From assembly GCA_964036045.1 (NCBI GenBank), contig OZ038378.1, positions 1,178,001 to 1,242,000 of the forward strand: 64,000 nucleotides of DNA, in the 5' to 3' direction. Made by a program: the position numbers and the translations under genes. Position 1 is the stretch's first letter. Every line of letters starts with the position of its first letter. This document shows, one piece after another, positions 25,811-38,500 of the stretch. Source of the DNA: Eutreptiella sp. 'Long Island Sound 2002' (Eukaryota; Protista; Euglenida). The notes beneath the pieces are model-generated. The model made no database searches, was not told the origin of the DNA, and saw only the letters and a program-made list of their open reading frames with translations.

Positions 25811-27272
25811 TAAAACCAAAACCACTTTTGGAAATCCTTGAAGTCCTTTCTTGAATGTCCCGTGATTGTTTGCGAACACACCGGCAACGATAGTGAGAGC
25901 AAAAGCACAGACTCCAAAGACTCAATCCATCAATGGTAAAGTATGAACCATTGTTTCTGCAAAGAAATCAATAACATACATCAAAGCAACAAAATCAAAT
26001 AAATAGACACTCAGTAAATTACACAGCAAACAAAAACAGAGTTCTCAAATGCATGATCGCGATGTCGCGATGTCGCGATGGACTGGACAGATGTCGACGC
26101 GAATTCTGTGATTCCCAAATCCGATGTCGCTAATTCTGTCTCATTTTAATGCAATGTCGACATCCTTGTCCTGTTCTATTTCACTCCCCTCACAAGCTCA
26201 TGGCAGGGCCATGGGCTGAATAAAAATAGTAGAACAGGACACACATGCATCTGAGATTCAATAACATACTGATCCAGAAAAAACTGGCATGAGAACACAA
26301 AGCTCAAGCACAAAAAACCTGAAAACCTGAAATCTGCGCAGCAATTAAAATATCAGAGATAAGAGGGTAAAGGAGTGAGACTGCACGAAATGAATATCGC
26401 CAGTGTGTCCGGCATCCCCAAAATAGGGGGGGGTATGCAAAATTGTTTTTTTTTTTGCTGGAAAAAATTTTCCTGATCCCTGAAAAATTCTGCCCTGCAG
26501 TGCAGAACTGACTGACAACACTGTCAAACCACCTGAAGGCAGTGTCACCATTGTATCCGGCACCCTCAAATTAGGGGGGGTGGGGGTGGGTGACGTCATT
26601 TTTGGCCAATTTTCCCAAAAAGAGCAATTTCAGGGTGAAATTTTGGCTGATTTTTGCCAAATTTTGCCAAAAACTACCCTGCAGGACCCTGCTGCAGGCC
26701 ACCAGAGGTCATCTGGTGACAAATGAAGGTCGTCAGTGCGTCGGGGACCCTCAAAATAGGGGGGGTTGCAATAAAATGGACCCCCGTAGGGCCAAAAACT
26801 GACAAATACGGAATTTTTTACGAAAAAAATCGATTTTTGCCTGATGCCAACCAGAAATCAGAATCTGCAGTGGGCGGGGGGGGGGGGGGGGCACAGTGCC
26901 CCGTGGGTCCAAACGGATATCAAAATTGAATTTGGCATGTCCAAAATAGGGGGTTTACACCCTTCATTTGTCCAAACTGAGGTTAAAATGCAAAAACCCT
27001 ATTTTTGCCACCAAAATGTGGTGTGCCCGCTGATCAAGTGAAAATCTGTCAATCTGGACACCCTCTGGACCCCACAACGACGTGTGGTTGTCAATTGGTG
27101 AGAAACCAGCGCCACCGTTGCACTCAGCACCCTTAAAATAGGGGGGGTGGCACCCGGTATAACCCTCCCGGGTCCCAGAGGTGAAAAACACATGTTTCGG
27201 GGAGGGGGGGGGGGGGGGGGGGGGCTGTCAGCCAACGGGCTCGATCCCACTTTCGATACCGTCTCCACCTAG
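25811..27272. mobile_element. Composite insertion in the array, no TSD found
   Basis: The host unit stops after GGCCATGAAG (25810) and resumes at GGTATTCCCAATCTAGC (27273). Five copies of a CAAAATAGGGGGG-like motif occur at ~26420, 26567, 26752, 26942 and 27135. Confidence 0.45.
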
Positions 27273-30200
27273 GGTATTCCCAATCTAGCATGGGCAATGT
27301 AGCCATTTTCCCCGATGTGTTCCCCTAAGATGGCAGGGGTTGTATGGCCAAATTCGCTTTTGCCTATACTTCGGCGACCGCCAAAAGATCATGCAATGCT
27401 CAGCCAATTGCCCACACATGGACCTCCAAAAACTCTAGGGTTGTGTAGGCCTCTTTGATTTTGTCCCCGCTTCCGGGATCCCCAACATACGAAGGGGTGA
27501 GTCGCCACACTGTCCACATCGGCCTTCCAAAGACGGAATGTATTTTGACCCTTGTGTTGTGTCCCCCAGTTTGGGGGCCCCTAGGAGTGCAAGGGCGATG
27601 GAGCCCATTTCCTCTTGTACGGTGCCGCAAGAGGCTTCACGAAGATAAGGGTGATGTAGCCACGTTTGATTCCCTCCCCAGTTCCGGGACCCCCAAGATG
27701 GCAGGGGTTGTGTCGTCAAGTTGCCCACATGTGGACCCCCAAGACGGCAAGTCGTGCGTAGTAGCTGTTTGATTTTGTCATCCTTTAGGGGATGCCCAAG
27801 GGTTGCGTGGCCATTTCTTGTTCTACCCTGCCGCGGGACCTTTGGGAAGGCAAGGATTATTTCGTCAACTTTGCCTCTTTCCCCACTTCAGGCAACCGTA
27901 AATTGGTAGGGGCTTTGTAGCCACTTTTGATTTCGTGCCACTTTCGGGATTCCCAAGGTGGCAGTGGTTATGTAGCTAATTGCCCACATATGAGCACCCA
28001 AAACGGTAGGGTTGTCTTGGCATATTTGACCCCGTCGCAACCTTCAGCTTCAGGACCCAAGACAGTAAGCGCTTGGCACCCAAGTTGTTCACATCCCCCT
28101 TCAAAAGACCGAATGGGTTGTGTTTCGGCGCCTTTTTTTTTGTGTTCCCATGTTTGGGACCCCCAAGACGGCACGCATTATGTATCCATTTAGCCCTCGT
28201 AAGGGCCCCGTGGACGCATGGGTTATCTAGCAAATTTTTTCTCTTTTCCACAGTTCCGGGACCCGCAAGACGGCAGATGTTATGGACCCACAAGCTAGCC
28301 CACAAGACGGCAGATGTTATTGTGCCAATTTTTTCGGGTCATGTGTGGGGAGTGTCATGCTGATCAGATTCGCAATTCTGTTCGAACCTGCATACTATTG
28401 CATTCGATGTCCAACAACACCGCTTTTGACGACATTACCACAGGGTGTTGTTGCCGCGACTCAGCGCTTATATGATATTCCGATGGTTAGTTCTCGATTT
28501 GTGGTTGAATCGGATCGGACGGGGCTAGCAGTGGGTCAAGCCACGATGCTTTCCAAGCCACTGCTTACTCAATAAGGCTTGACATTACCAAGTTAGGGAC
28601 TGCAAACATAGGATTGAAGGGCTGCTTTTGCCATGAAAGGCACACCAAGTCTAGCACTATGAAAGGAAGGGACGGCGACACGGAATGCTTCACCCTCAAA
28701 AGGTCAAGTACCCCCTGTAATGATAGAAGGACACAGCCATTGCAGCAAATGATGGCTGTAACAAGCCATGTATTCATGAAATGAAGTGATATTTCTATGG
28801 ATTATGTCAAGCGGCATCACACAAATGCCAACATTACAACATGATCCATTCAAGGGTAGTTCGGGGACAGAGGTTTTCCCATTACCTCAAAGTGCCAGTG
28901 TACCAAGTCCTCTTTTCCACCTTCCGGGATCTCCTCAAGTGGTTGTATGAACTGGCGCGCACACATTCATTGGTTGAACCACTTTGTTGTTTTGCGCTGC
29001 CCGGTGGTAGGGAGCGGCCTTCTAGGAATGGATCCTCCAAGCATTCAAACGGCATCTTGAAGGTTTTGGCGGGCTGCTTTCTGGCTTAGGTTCGAGCTTA
29101 AGCTTCCTCCGCTTTACCCGTCTATCGCCCTCCCTACTACTAGCACGAATTGCGTTTGGATCGTGCTCTCCGGTCATCTTTTTTTCCTTTGAGGTGTGTT
29201 CTCCTCTTTCCGGGTGCAATTTTCGGCTCATTTTCTAGTTCCTGTTCTCGTTGTTGATTTGGACCTGCGTCCTCATCCTGCTCTTCACGGTCACTCAAGT
29301 CTTCTTGTCCGTCCACCCACTACTCCTTCTCCACTTTATGCCCCAAAGGGTCGGCTGGATGTGGTCATGGTCTGCTTCAAGGGCCTTCGAGATGGCAAGG
29401 GCTATGAAGCCACTTTCCATTCCGTCCCCATTTCGGGTATCCCCAATCTAGCATGCCCAACGTAGCCATTTTGTCCCGATGTGGGCCGCTAACGCAGTAG
29501 GGGTTACGTAGCCACTGTCGCCTTTGCCTATACTTAGGCAACCGCCAAATGGTCATGGGTTATTCATGTTGGCCTCCAAAAACACCAGCGTGGTGTAGGC
29601 CTGTCTTGCTTTTTTCGGTGCTTCCGGGATCCCCAAAATAGCAAGGGGTGGATAGCCACACTGTCCACATCCGCCTTCCAAAGATGGAATGGGTTGTGTT
29701 ACTTTTGTTGTGGCCCCAGCTTTTGGGCCCCCAAGACCGCAAGGGCGACGGAGCCCATTTCTTCTTGTACCGTGCTCGAAGTGCCTTCATGAAGATAGGG
29801 GTTATGTAGCCGCTTTTGATTCGCTCCCCACTTCCGGGACCCTCAAGATGGCAAGGTTGTGTCGGCATTTTGCCCACATGTGGGCCCCCAAGACGGCAAG
29901 GCGTGCATAGTAGCTGTTAACTTTGTCCCCATATAGAGGATGCCCAAGTGGTAAGGGTTATGTGGCCATTTCTTGTTCTACAATGTTTCGGCACCTTCGG
30001 CAAGGCAAGGATTATTTAGCCAACTTTGACTCCTTCCGCATTTGGGGCATCCCCAAGATCGCAGGGGCTATGTAGCGATTTTTGTTTTCGTGCCACTTTT
30101 GGGATGCCCAATGCGGCAGTGGTTATGTAGCCAATTCCCCACATATGGGCCCCCAAAACGATAGGGTTGTGTGGCATTTTTGACCCCGCTGCCACCCGAC

Positions 30201-33200
30201 CCAAGTTAGGATGCGCCGGGAATGCACGTTGTCCACATTCACCTTCAAAAGATTGAATAGGTTGTATCCGCACTCTTTTTTTTGTGTTCTCATGTTGGGG
30301 ACCCCGAAGACGGCAGCGGTTATATATCCATTTAGCCCCCGTAAGGGCCATGTAGAAGGTAAGGGTTATGTAGCACCTTTTGGTCTTTTCCATAGTTCGT
30401 TGACCCACAAAACGGCAGTCGTTATCGAACCATTTTTTTGAAATCATGAATTCAGATTTTCATGCCAATCGGATTTGCAATTCCGTTCCACCCTGCATAC
30501 TACTGTATTCGATGTCGAAGAACACCGCTTGTCAGGACAATACCAAGGGGTGTTGTTGCTGCGACTCAACGCTTGTATCATGTTCGGATGGTTAGTTCTT
30601 GATTTGTGCTTGAATCGGATTGGAGGGGGCCATTAGTTGGTCAAGCCACAATGCTTTACAAGCCAGTGCTTGGTCAATAAGCTTTGGCATTACCAAGTTG
30701 GGAGTGCAAACACAAGATTGAAGGGCTGCTTTTGCCATGAAAGGCACACCAAGTCTAGCACTATGAAAGGAACCGATGAGGACGCGGAATGGTTCACCCT
30801 CAAAAGGTCAAGTACCCCCTATAGTCTTAGAAGAACACACACATTGCATCAAATGACAGCCGCGAGAAGGCATGTATTCATGAAATCAAGTAATCTTTCT
30901 ATGGATTTTGTCAGGCGGCATCACAAAAAGGGCAATCCTAGAGTATGCTCCATTCAAGCGTAGTTAGGGCCCAATGGTTTTTTCCATTACCTCTAAGTGC
31001 TAGTATCCCAAGTCCGCTTTTCTAGCTTCCGGGATCTCATCAAGTGGTTGTATGAACTCACACACACTCACATACACGAGTTGAGCGACGTTGTTGTTTT
31101 GCGCCGCCCGGCGGTAGGGAGCGGCCTTCCAAGAATGGATCCTCCAAGCATTCAAACAACATCTTTAAGGTTACGGAGGGCTAATTTTTGGCTTAGGTTC
31201 TAGCTTAAGCTTCCTCCGCTTTACCCGTCCATTGCCCTCCCCGTGACTAGCACGAATTGTGTTTAGAGCTTGCTCTGAAGTGATCTTTTTTCCCTTTGAG
31301 CCGTCGTCCCCTTTTTCCGGGTGCAATTTTCGGCTCATTTTCTAGTTTCTCTTCTTTTTCTTGATTTGGACCTGCGTCCTCACCCTGCACTTCAAGGTCA
31401 CTCAAGTTTTCTTGTTTGTCAACCCAGTCCTCCTGCTCTATTACATCCCCCAAAGGGCCGGCGTGGTGTGGCGATACTTCAAGAGTCCTTGAGATGGCAA
31501 GGCCCATGAAGCCACTTTCGATTCCGTCCCCATTTACGGTACCCCCACTCCAGCAAGGGTAATGTTGCCATTTTGTCCCGATGTGGGCCGCTAAGACAGC
31601 AAGGGTTACGTAGCCACTTTGGCTTTTTCCTAGACTTCGGTAACCGCTAAAAGGGCATGGGTTTATTCAGGTAGACCTCCAAAAACACTAGCGTTGTGTA
31701 AGCCTTTCTGTTTCTTATTGCTGCCACTTGGATTCCCAAGATAGCAAGGGGCGGGCAGCCACGCTGTCCACATCCGCCTTCGAAAGACGGAATGGGTTGT
31801 GTCACTTCTGTTATGTCCCTTTTTTTGGGGCCCCCAAGACCGCAAGGGCGACGGAGCCCATTTCTTCTTGTCCCGTGCTGCCAAAGCATTCAAGGAGATA
31901 GGGGTTGTTCAGACACTTTTGATTCGTTCCCCACTACCGGTGAGCTGTTGATTTTGTGTCCATCCCGGGGATGCCCAAGCCGCAAGGGTTATGTGGCCCT
32001 TTCTTACTCTACCTTGCTTCGGGAGCTTCGAGAATGTAAGGATTATTCAAACCAACTTTGACTCCTTCCCCACTTCGGGTAGCCCCAAATATGGTAGAGG
32101 CTATGTAGCGATTTTGTTTTCATGCCACTTTCGGGATCCCCAAGGCGGCAGTGGTTATGTAGCTAATCGCCCACATATGGGCCCCCAAAATGATAGGGTT
32201 GACTGGCATATTGGACCTTGTTGCAACCTTCAATATCCAAGACAGTAAGCGCCGGGCAGCCAAGATGTCCACATCCACCTTCAAAAGACCGAATAGGTTG
32301 TGTCGGCGCTTTTTACTTTTTGTTCCCATGTTGGGGACCCCGAAGACGGTAGCTGCTATGCAGCATTTTGCTCTTTTCCAGAGTTCGCGGACCCGCAAAC
32401 AGAAAATGTCACGGAACCATTTTTTTTGGGTCGTGTGTGGGGAGTGTCATGCCGATGAGATTTGCAATTTTGTTCCAACCTGTATACTTCTGTATGCCAT
32501 TTCCAACAACACCGCTTTTGATGACATTACCACAGGGTGTTGTTGCCGCGACTCAACGCTTCTATGATATTCGGATGGTTAGTTCTCGATTTGTGGTTGA
32601 ATCGGATCGGAGGGTGCTAGTAGTGGATTAAGCCACAATGCTTTCCAAGCCACTTCTTACTTACTAAGGCTTGACATTACCAAGTTTGGGAGTGCAAACA
32701 CAGGATTGAAGGGCTCCTTTTGCCATGAAAGGCACACCACATTTGGCACTATGACTTAGGCGTCACAAGTTGCCCAACCTCTAGGACCCCGTATACGCGC
32801 GATTTGACAATATTCTACATTTCTACTTTGAGTATGTTATTTGGGGTATGTGACCAAAGTTGTTGGCAGAGCTGTGTGACACCCGTTGAAATACGTGTTG
32901 ATGTGTTAGCCTTGTGTATCCCCGTCTTCTAGTGTGTTGTATTTGACGCTTTTCTGAAGCTGGCCGAAATTTCGGCCAGGTTTTGGGTAACATTGCAAAC
33001 AAGTATGTGTATATGCGGTTTTTGACCCTTCTGGCCGAAATTTCGGCCAGCTTTTTGGTTTCCTGGTGAATAGGCATAGTTATTTTCATTTTTCCTAGGG
33101 CTGGCCGAAATTTTGGCCAGCTTTTTGGTCTGTTCACTATTCAAGCACTTATATTCTGGTTTTTGGGCGGTCTGGCCGAAATTTCGGCCAGCTTTTCCTA

Positions 33201-33286
33201 TTGTTGAACATTTAAGCAATTATTTCCCCTTTGAACACACCTGGCCGAAATTTCGGCCAGCTTGCAATTGTCGTTGTTCATGAGTA

Positions 33287-35543
33287 TTGCACCATACACT
33301 CCTACATAACTGCTTTCTTGTCTCAGCATTAATGTCTTCTGCTATTACTGTCAATGTTGTACATGCTGCAGTTACTGGTGCTTTTGCTACTACAGCCAAA
33401 GGGCTGTTGCGAAATGCATTACGTGGTGGGACTCTGCAAAAGCTTTTGCAATTCTGCCTCTTGTTGCGGAAGAATCGCAGGAGCCGGCACTCCCTGACAC
33501 AGTTGAAGGCCGCCGCCACTGAGAAGAAGCTTCCACGATGGTACATGACATTTTTGTCACAGTTCCATGCCCTATACTGCCTGCTGCGCCGTATGGCCCT
33601 CCCATACTCTAACTGTGGGTCTGGTTACAACTGGGGTATTATGTCCTGCCGCCAACGCCGTAAGGTAGGAGTCCTTGGTCAGTGTAACACTAAGCAGGAG
33701 TCCATTCACCATCGTGCTGGACTAGCAGCACACAACTTGTGGAACACCATGCACCGTAGGCAAGTTTGTATATGGTTTGATAACCTGAGGCGTTACAGGT
33801 CGGGAGCTGATCCCCATTCACCCGACTTAACCCTAGACTGTACAGCTGTTGCTGTTTTGCACACTACTGCCCTACCTGCATACCGGGGTCTGCAGGAGCT
33901 GGCCGAAATTGAGGCCAGGGTACCAAAGGTTGCTGATGACATCTTTCGCTCACATAGAGCATTGTTTGATCGTATTGATGTTGCCAACCAAGGTATTCAG
34001 AGAGTTTGGGTTCGTGCTCCTTTGGATATTGCCAGAAAAAATGTTCGTTCCCTCAACTGGAGACCCTTTTTCCTGTCTGAGCTCCGCTCCGGCACACACA
34101 AAGAGCTTTTGCAACTCGTGGTTGATTTGTCATGTGTGGAACACCGCACCAGACACTGTGTTCCGCTGCTTGTGGACATGAAAATACACTTTGCCCTACT
34201 TAAGCTGTGTTATGGTGCTGCTTATGTTCCCTGGAATGTACCACAATTACTGTTGGGTTTTCCTTTGGTGTACGGAGTATGGCATAGCTATAAGTATTGC
34301 GTTGAATTGATCTACAGGGCGTTCCTGCCGTTCATTAAGTTTTTGGAGCAGGGGAACAGCCTTCAGGTTGGGTCTATCCTCCCTCGCAAGGTCAAGGTCA
34401 TCCGTATGGAGAAGACGTTGCTTGGACTCATGCTAGCCACATCGTCCAATAGAGGCAGACTAGATGAGCGCGTCACTTCCCTGCTCGATAGCCAGCGGTA
34501 CTTGACACCCATTCAGCGCAAGGGTTTGCGTATGTTATTAGCCCTTAAGGCTTTGCTGTACACATACTGTCCAGCTGCTTTCAGCATTGGGACTTTGGTT
34601 CGTGAGTGCAACTGGGAGGGACGGGGGGCAGGTTCCGGTATTGTAGCTAAGCAGGCACTTGAGATGTCCCTACTGCTCATGCTGAACATCCTAAAGCCCG
34701 AGGAACAGCTAACCACGGAGTATGTGCAAACCACCGTTGTTGCTCTTTTGTTTTGGAGTCAGTGGCATTCCGCCTCCCTAGGGTGTATCCACTCTGAGGA
34801 GCTGGGTGAGGCACTTCTGAGTCGGTTCTCAGCCCACTGTCGCCGCAACACTGCCTGTACTAGTGTCCAACAGTCGTCTGATTTATTTCTGACACTTCCC
34901 CCTGTATAACCGGGAGAGAAAGTTTTGCGTGGTGTGCTGACTGAGAGATCCGTGGCAATGTTCTCTGCCAATCTTAAACAATTCATCTTGACAGCCCATA
35001 CACAGAGCCTGCCCATTTGTGTTCCCGTTCCGGACTATAAAGTTGAGGTGAGAAGACTGGATGCAGTTGAGGATTTGACATTCCCCGGTACCATGTCTAG
35101 GACACGAATCACCACAGACCGTTTAAAAGTGGTTCTGTTGCATGCAATGCAAAATCTGGTTGCGCGTACAAGGGTTCTTGAGGGTGTTGAGGATTTTTTA
35201 CAGACAAATGCACCTGCCCGCACTGCTGCCGAGCAAGGGGTGTTGCGTACTGCACATGCTTCTATTCGCGCTGCCAACCGTGCACCGCCTGCTGCTGCTG
35301 CTGCTGCTCCTGGTGGAATTGCCTTGCCCCCAAAGCCCCCCCCGAAGCCCCGAGCCAGAGGCCCCCCAGTACCCCCCCCGGCCCCCCCCCCGCCCAGTAC
35401 CCCCCCCCGCCCCTGATGATTCCATTGCTGTCGACTCTTGTGATAGTGACCAGGATATTGATTGTGATGCAGACAGCGTTGCCTCCTTTGAAGCCCTAGA
35501 TGAGGCGGAACACATCGGTGTGGATACCCACGACTGGGACTGA
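33287..35543 (+). pseudogene. ORF1: putative RNase H-fold DDE transposase, interrupted
   Basis: A 540-codon ORF continues in the same frame past a single TAA (34907-34909) to 35416; a probable poly-C frameshift then leads to an acidic tail ending at 35543. Candidate catalytic motifs: IWFDN (D 33779), LLVDMKIH (D 34175), YGVWH (H 34283) and HSEELGEALLS (~34796-34810). Family assignment is inference. The ATG may be at 33332. Confidence 0.65.
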
Positions 35544-35913
35544 TTTCTGTTTGCAGCTGTGTTTGTCACTGTGGTATGGGTTCTGCCACACATTGCCAGT
35601 GATTTTGGTGTGTCTATTTGCTGTTTCATGTTTTTTTGGCCGAAATTTCGGCCAGACTTGTTGTTTTGTCATATGGCTACCCCCAGAACACAAATGACTT
35701 AAGGTTCTGGCCGAAATTTCGGCCAGCCTCTCTGAATGGTATTTGTACACAGTGGTTTGACATGCAGAGCAGTGCTGGCCGAAATTTCGGCCAGGTTATC
35801 CGAATTTCCTGTCAGGCAGTCCGTTTTGGTCCTTTTTTGGTTGATCTGAGCTTGTTATTTGCTATCTCGGAACTCTCCCCTTCATGAAATGTTGCCCTGT
35901 AGCCCTTTATTTT

Positions 35914-38500
35914 ATGACTGAGCCTGGAGGGGTATCACAGGACATGGCTGTTTCGCCAGATGGTGAGCCTGCAGCAGACAATGGGCAATCTCAAGTGCAA
36001 TCCCAGTCTCAAGAGGACCAGGCGAGCACAGAGGGACTTCAAAAGAAGCCTAAGGCCGCACCAAAGAAAAATTCATCATCCTCCATCAAGTTATCCGACT
36101 GGGTTACGTCAACGACGAAAATAAAGGTTCGGTGGGATCAGATGATTATCGACCACGACCGAAAATTTGGGCAGGTCCGTAGGATTTCGGATGATCGCGT
36201 GCAACGCCGCTACGACGATCTGAAGGCAGCCCCGCCTGTGGATTACATCCAGGATCTTCTTTTTTATAAAGTCACTGGTATGTGTGTTGTGGTATTCTTC
36301 TCGATAGTACCGTTTTCGCGTCTGAATTTCGACCCTGCTGTTACGAATATTCCTGTTGCACAGCCACTCGCTGGGTTCTGTTGGGGGGTCAGCATGTTTA
36401 CACTGCTGCCCAAAAACACAAGACCGAATTTGAGATGAAAAATATGGAGACTCCGGATTGGACCCTGGTATTTGGTGGTTATGAAGTCAAACAGGACTGC
36501 CCCCTGCGGAATAGGCGCCGGCTTGCAGGCTTACATCAAATCCAGACCACTGCTGGCTCAGCCTCCACCACATCGGAGCGAATGTCCCTACTCCTGGATA
36601 GGCTTGAGGATGAGGATGCCAATGAGTACACCCTGTACCATCAGATTACTGTTATGCTTGAAGAATGTGGTGTTACTGCCGAGGAAGGCACTGTGGTGTG
36701 TTTCGTTTATTAATTCGGTTTTGTCGATCGACCTGGCCGAAATTTCGGCCAGCTTCTGTGTTCCACATGTTCTCCTGTGCAGAGTGCTATTGCCAAACGG
36801 TGGGGTGGCGTTGGGCGTTTGGTGAAATTTGTGGGTCTTCCTTCAGTAGACGCCATGGCAGCCATGGAAAAGCGTGGACTACATCCCGCATTGGGTACGT
36901 TCAAGGAAGTGGAAGGCATCACGCCTGACCGACTTCGCCAGATCGTAGGTTACAGGGATGGGACAAAAAGTACCCTACCTGGTCTCAAAAAAATTATAAA
37001 AGATGTTAAAAAGGCCCAGATGTGGTCCTGGCACATTCTTCATCCCGAGGCGGTTACCAATGGGCTTGTGAACAACACCAGAGGTATGTTTTGGTCAAAC
37101 AGGGGTTTGTATTCGAATAAATTGACCGACCTGGCCGAAATTTCGGCCAGCTTGTGTGTCGTTCAATTAATGCACAATAGGAGCCCACCCTGTGCTACCA
37201 CCTGTCTGCAGCTACACTTGGTACTATCGAGATGGCCAAAAGGCAGTGCGCTATTGCATCACACGTGAAGGTAGCCTATGGCAGTTGGACCTGGACTAAA
37301 GAAAACCCCTGGCCCCCGTGGTCAGCAGTAATTAAGGCCCCTCTTTGGAAGGAACCCAAATATGAGGGGTTGCGGGGATTGTTGCAGAAGCCTATTGCTA
37401 AGCCTGTTTGTGAAAAATCTGATACTGGTCTGGTCAGTATCTAGTGTGCTAGGGAGTCCCTCGTTGAGTCAAGCACAGGCAAACTCATTGCAGAGTCATG
37501 CCGTGTGGAACCGATGGCAATGCGTTGTGGAGTCCCTGTTCCCAGTATCATTAGTTCACTGCCCTTTGCTGCTTGTGTCATTGAGGTGCCCCGCCTCTAT
37601 ACAGCTGGTTTGCATAACCTGGTTGCGCAGCTGCCTTTGTCCGGTGTGCCTGTGTTCATTGCGGGTGAGTCTGCTGATGTGAAAGCCACTGTTGCTGCTT
37701 TGAAGGCCACTGTGGCTGAGGACATGTATCAGTGTGATGTTGCAATTTACAATTTGTCAAGCAAGACCCCGCTGTACACTTCTACGTCCCATCTTGTTTC
37801 CATTTGTTCTGCCACTGCCTTTGATAACAGGCTGCCCCGTTACGTGGCTTTTACTGAAGGACCCATGTCGTCGGTGATGCCTGTTGAAATATTCTTATTT
37901 CTTTTGAGCCTGGTTCCGGTCCCAGAACGGGCAGGCAACTGGTTTTTGCTGGGGACTCTGTCTGTGTATTTTGCAAGCATGATGTCTACCAGGTTTTCCA
38001 AGGACTGTAATGTTGTGTGTCCCCTTTTGGGTGAGGAGACTGTTGTGCCCGATGACTGTGTTCAGCTCATCAGAGCAGGTATCACCAACGCCGACACGTG
38101 CCCCCCCAAGTTATGGGAGGATGTGTACCACGACTTGGGGGCAGGTTTTCCTGTGGATTGTTCTGGGGTTAGGTATGCAGATGAGGATCCTGAGGAGCAA
38201 GATGGGGAGGCAGAGTCGCAACCAGAGACACACACTCCAAAGAAGAAACCCAAAACTGCCCCTGCCCCCTCACCCAGTGGCACGCAGTGCGCTCAGGCCA
38301 CCCCAGCTTCCTCCTCAGGCACTGTTGCCCCTAGTGGCAAAGGTATGAATACTTTTGTGAATCATTTTTCACCATCCCAGGGTGGAAACACACAGTCACA
38401 GAACTCTGCCACTGCCAAGTCTGGTGCTGCAGCCCCTGCCAAGCCTCCTGCTAACACAGGTGCTAAGAAGCCCCGTGCATCTGGTCTGCGCAAGCGCTAA
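35914..38500 (+). pseudogene. ORF2: spliced gene with ParB-like N-terminal domain and possible degenerate methyltransferase-like C-terminal region
   Basis: Exons 35914-36277, 36364-36695, 36783-37067 or 37083, and 37181-38500; introns 1 and 2 are GT-AG and phase-consistent, intron 3 phase is unresolved. Splicing assembles KFGQVRRISDDRVQRRYDDLK...ATRWVLLGGQHVYTAAQK. One in-frame TAG lies at 37442-37444; the C-terminus is Lys/Pro/Ala-rich. Confidence 0.6.

Noticed and set aside
27240-27275. Helitron 3' end (CTAG at 27269-27272)
   Set aside because: It is followed by G rather than T, there is no convincing subterminal hairpin, and no 5' TC start was found at an A|T site.
32960-33260. Five palindromes ~70 bp apart as CRISPR repeats or rho-independent terminators
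   Set aside because: The spacing superficially fits, but the intervening sequences are T-rich and partly similar to each other, the other copies are scattered irregularly through genes and introns, and no cas genes are present.
33287-38500. Window-wide reassignment of TAA/TAG to Gln
   Set aside because: Only a few internal stops are seen, ORF2 appears to terminate normally at TAA (38498-38500), and the SRCR exons contain no in-frame TAR codons.
17027-38500. Non-canonical (euglenid-type) introns or a spliced-leader RNA gene
   Set aside because: All introns I could delimit are GT-AG, and no spliced-leader sequence was recognised.
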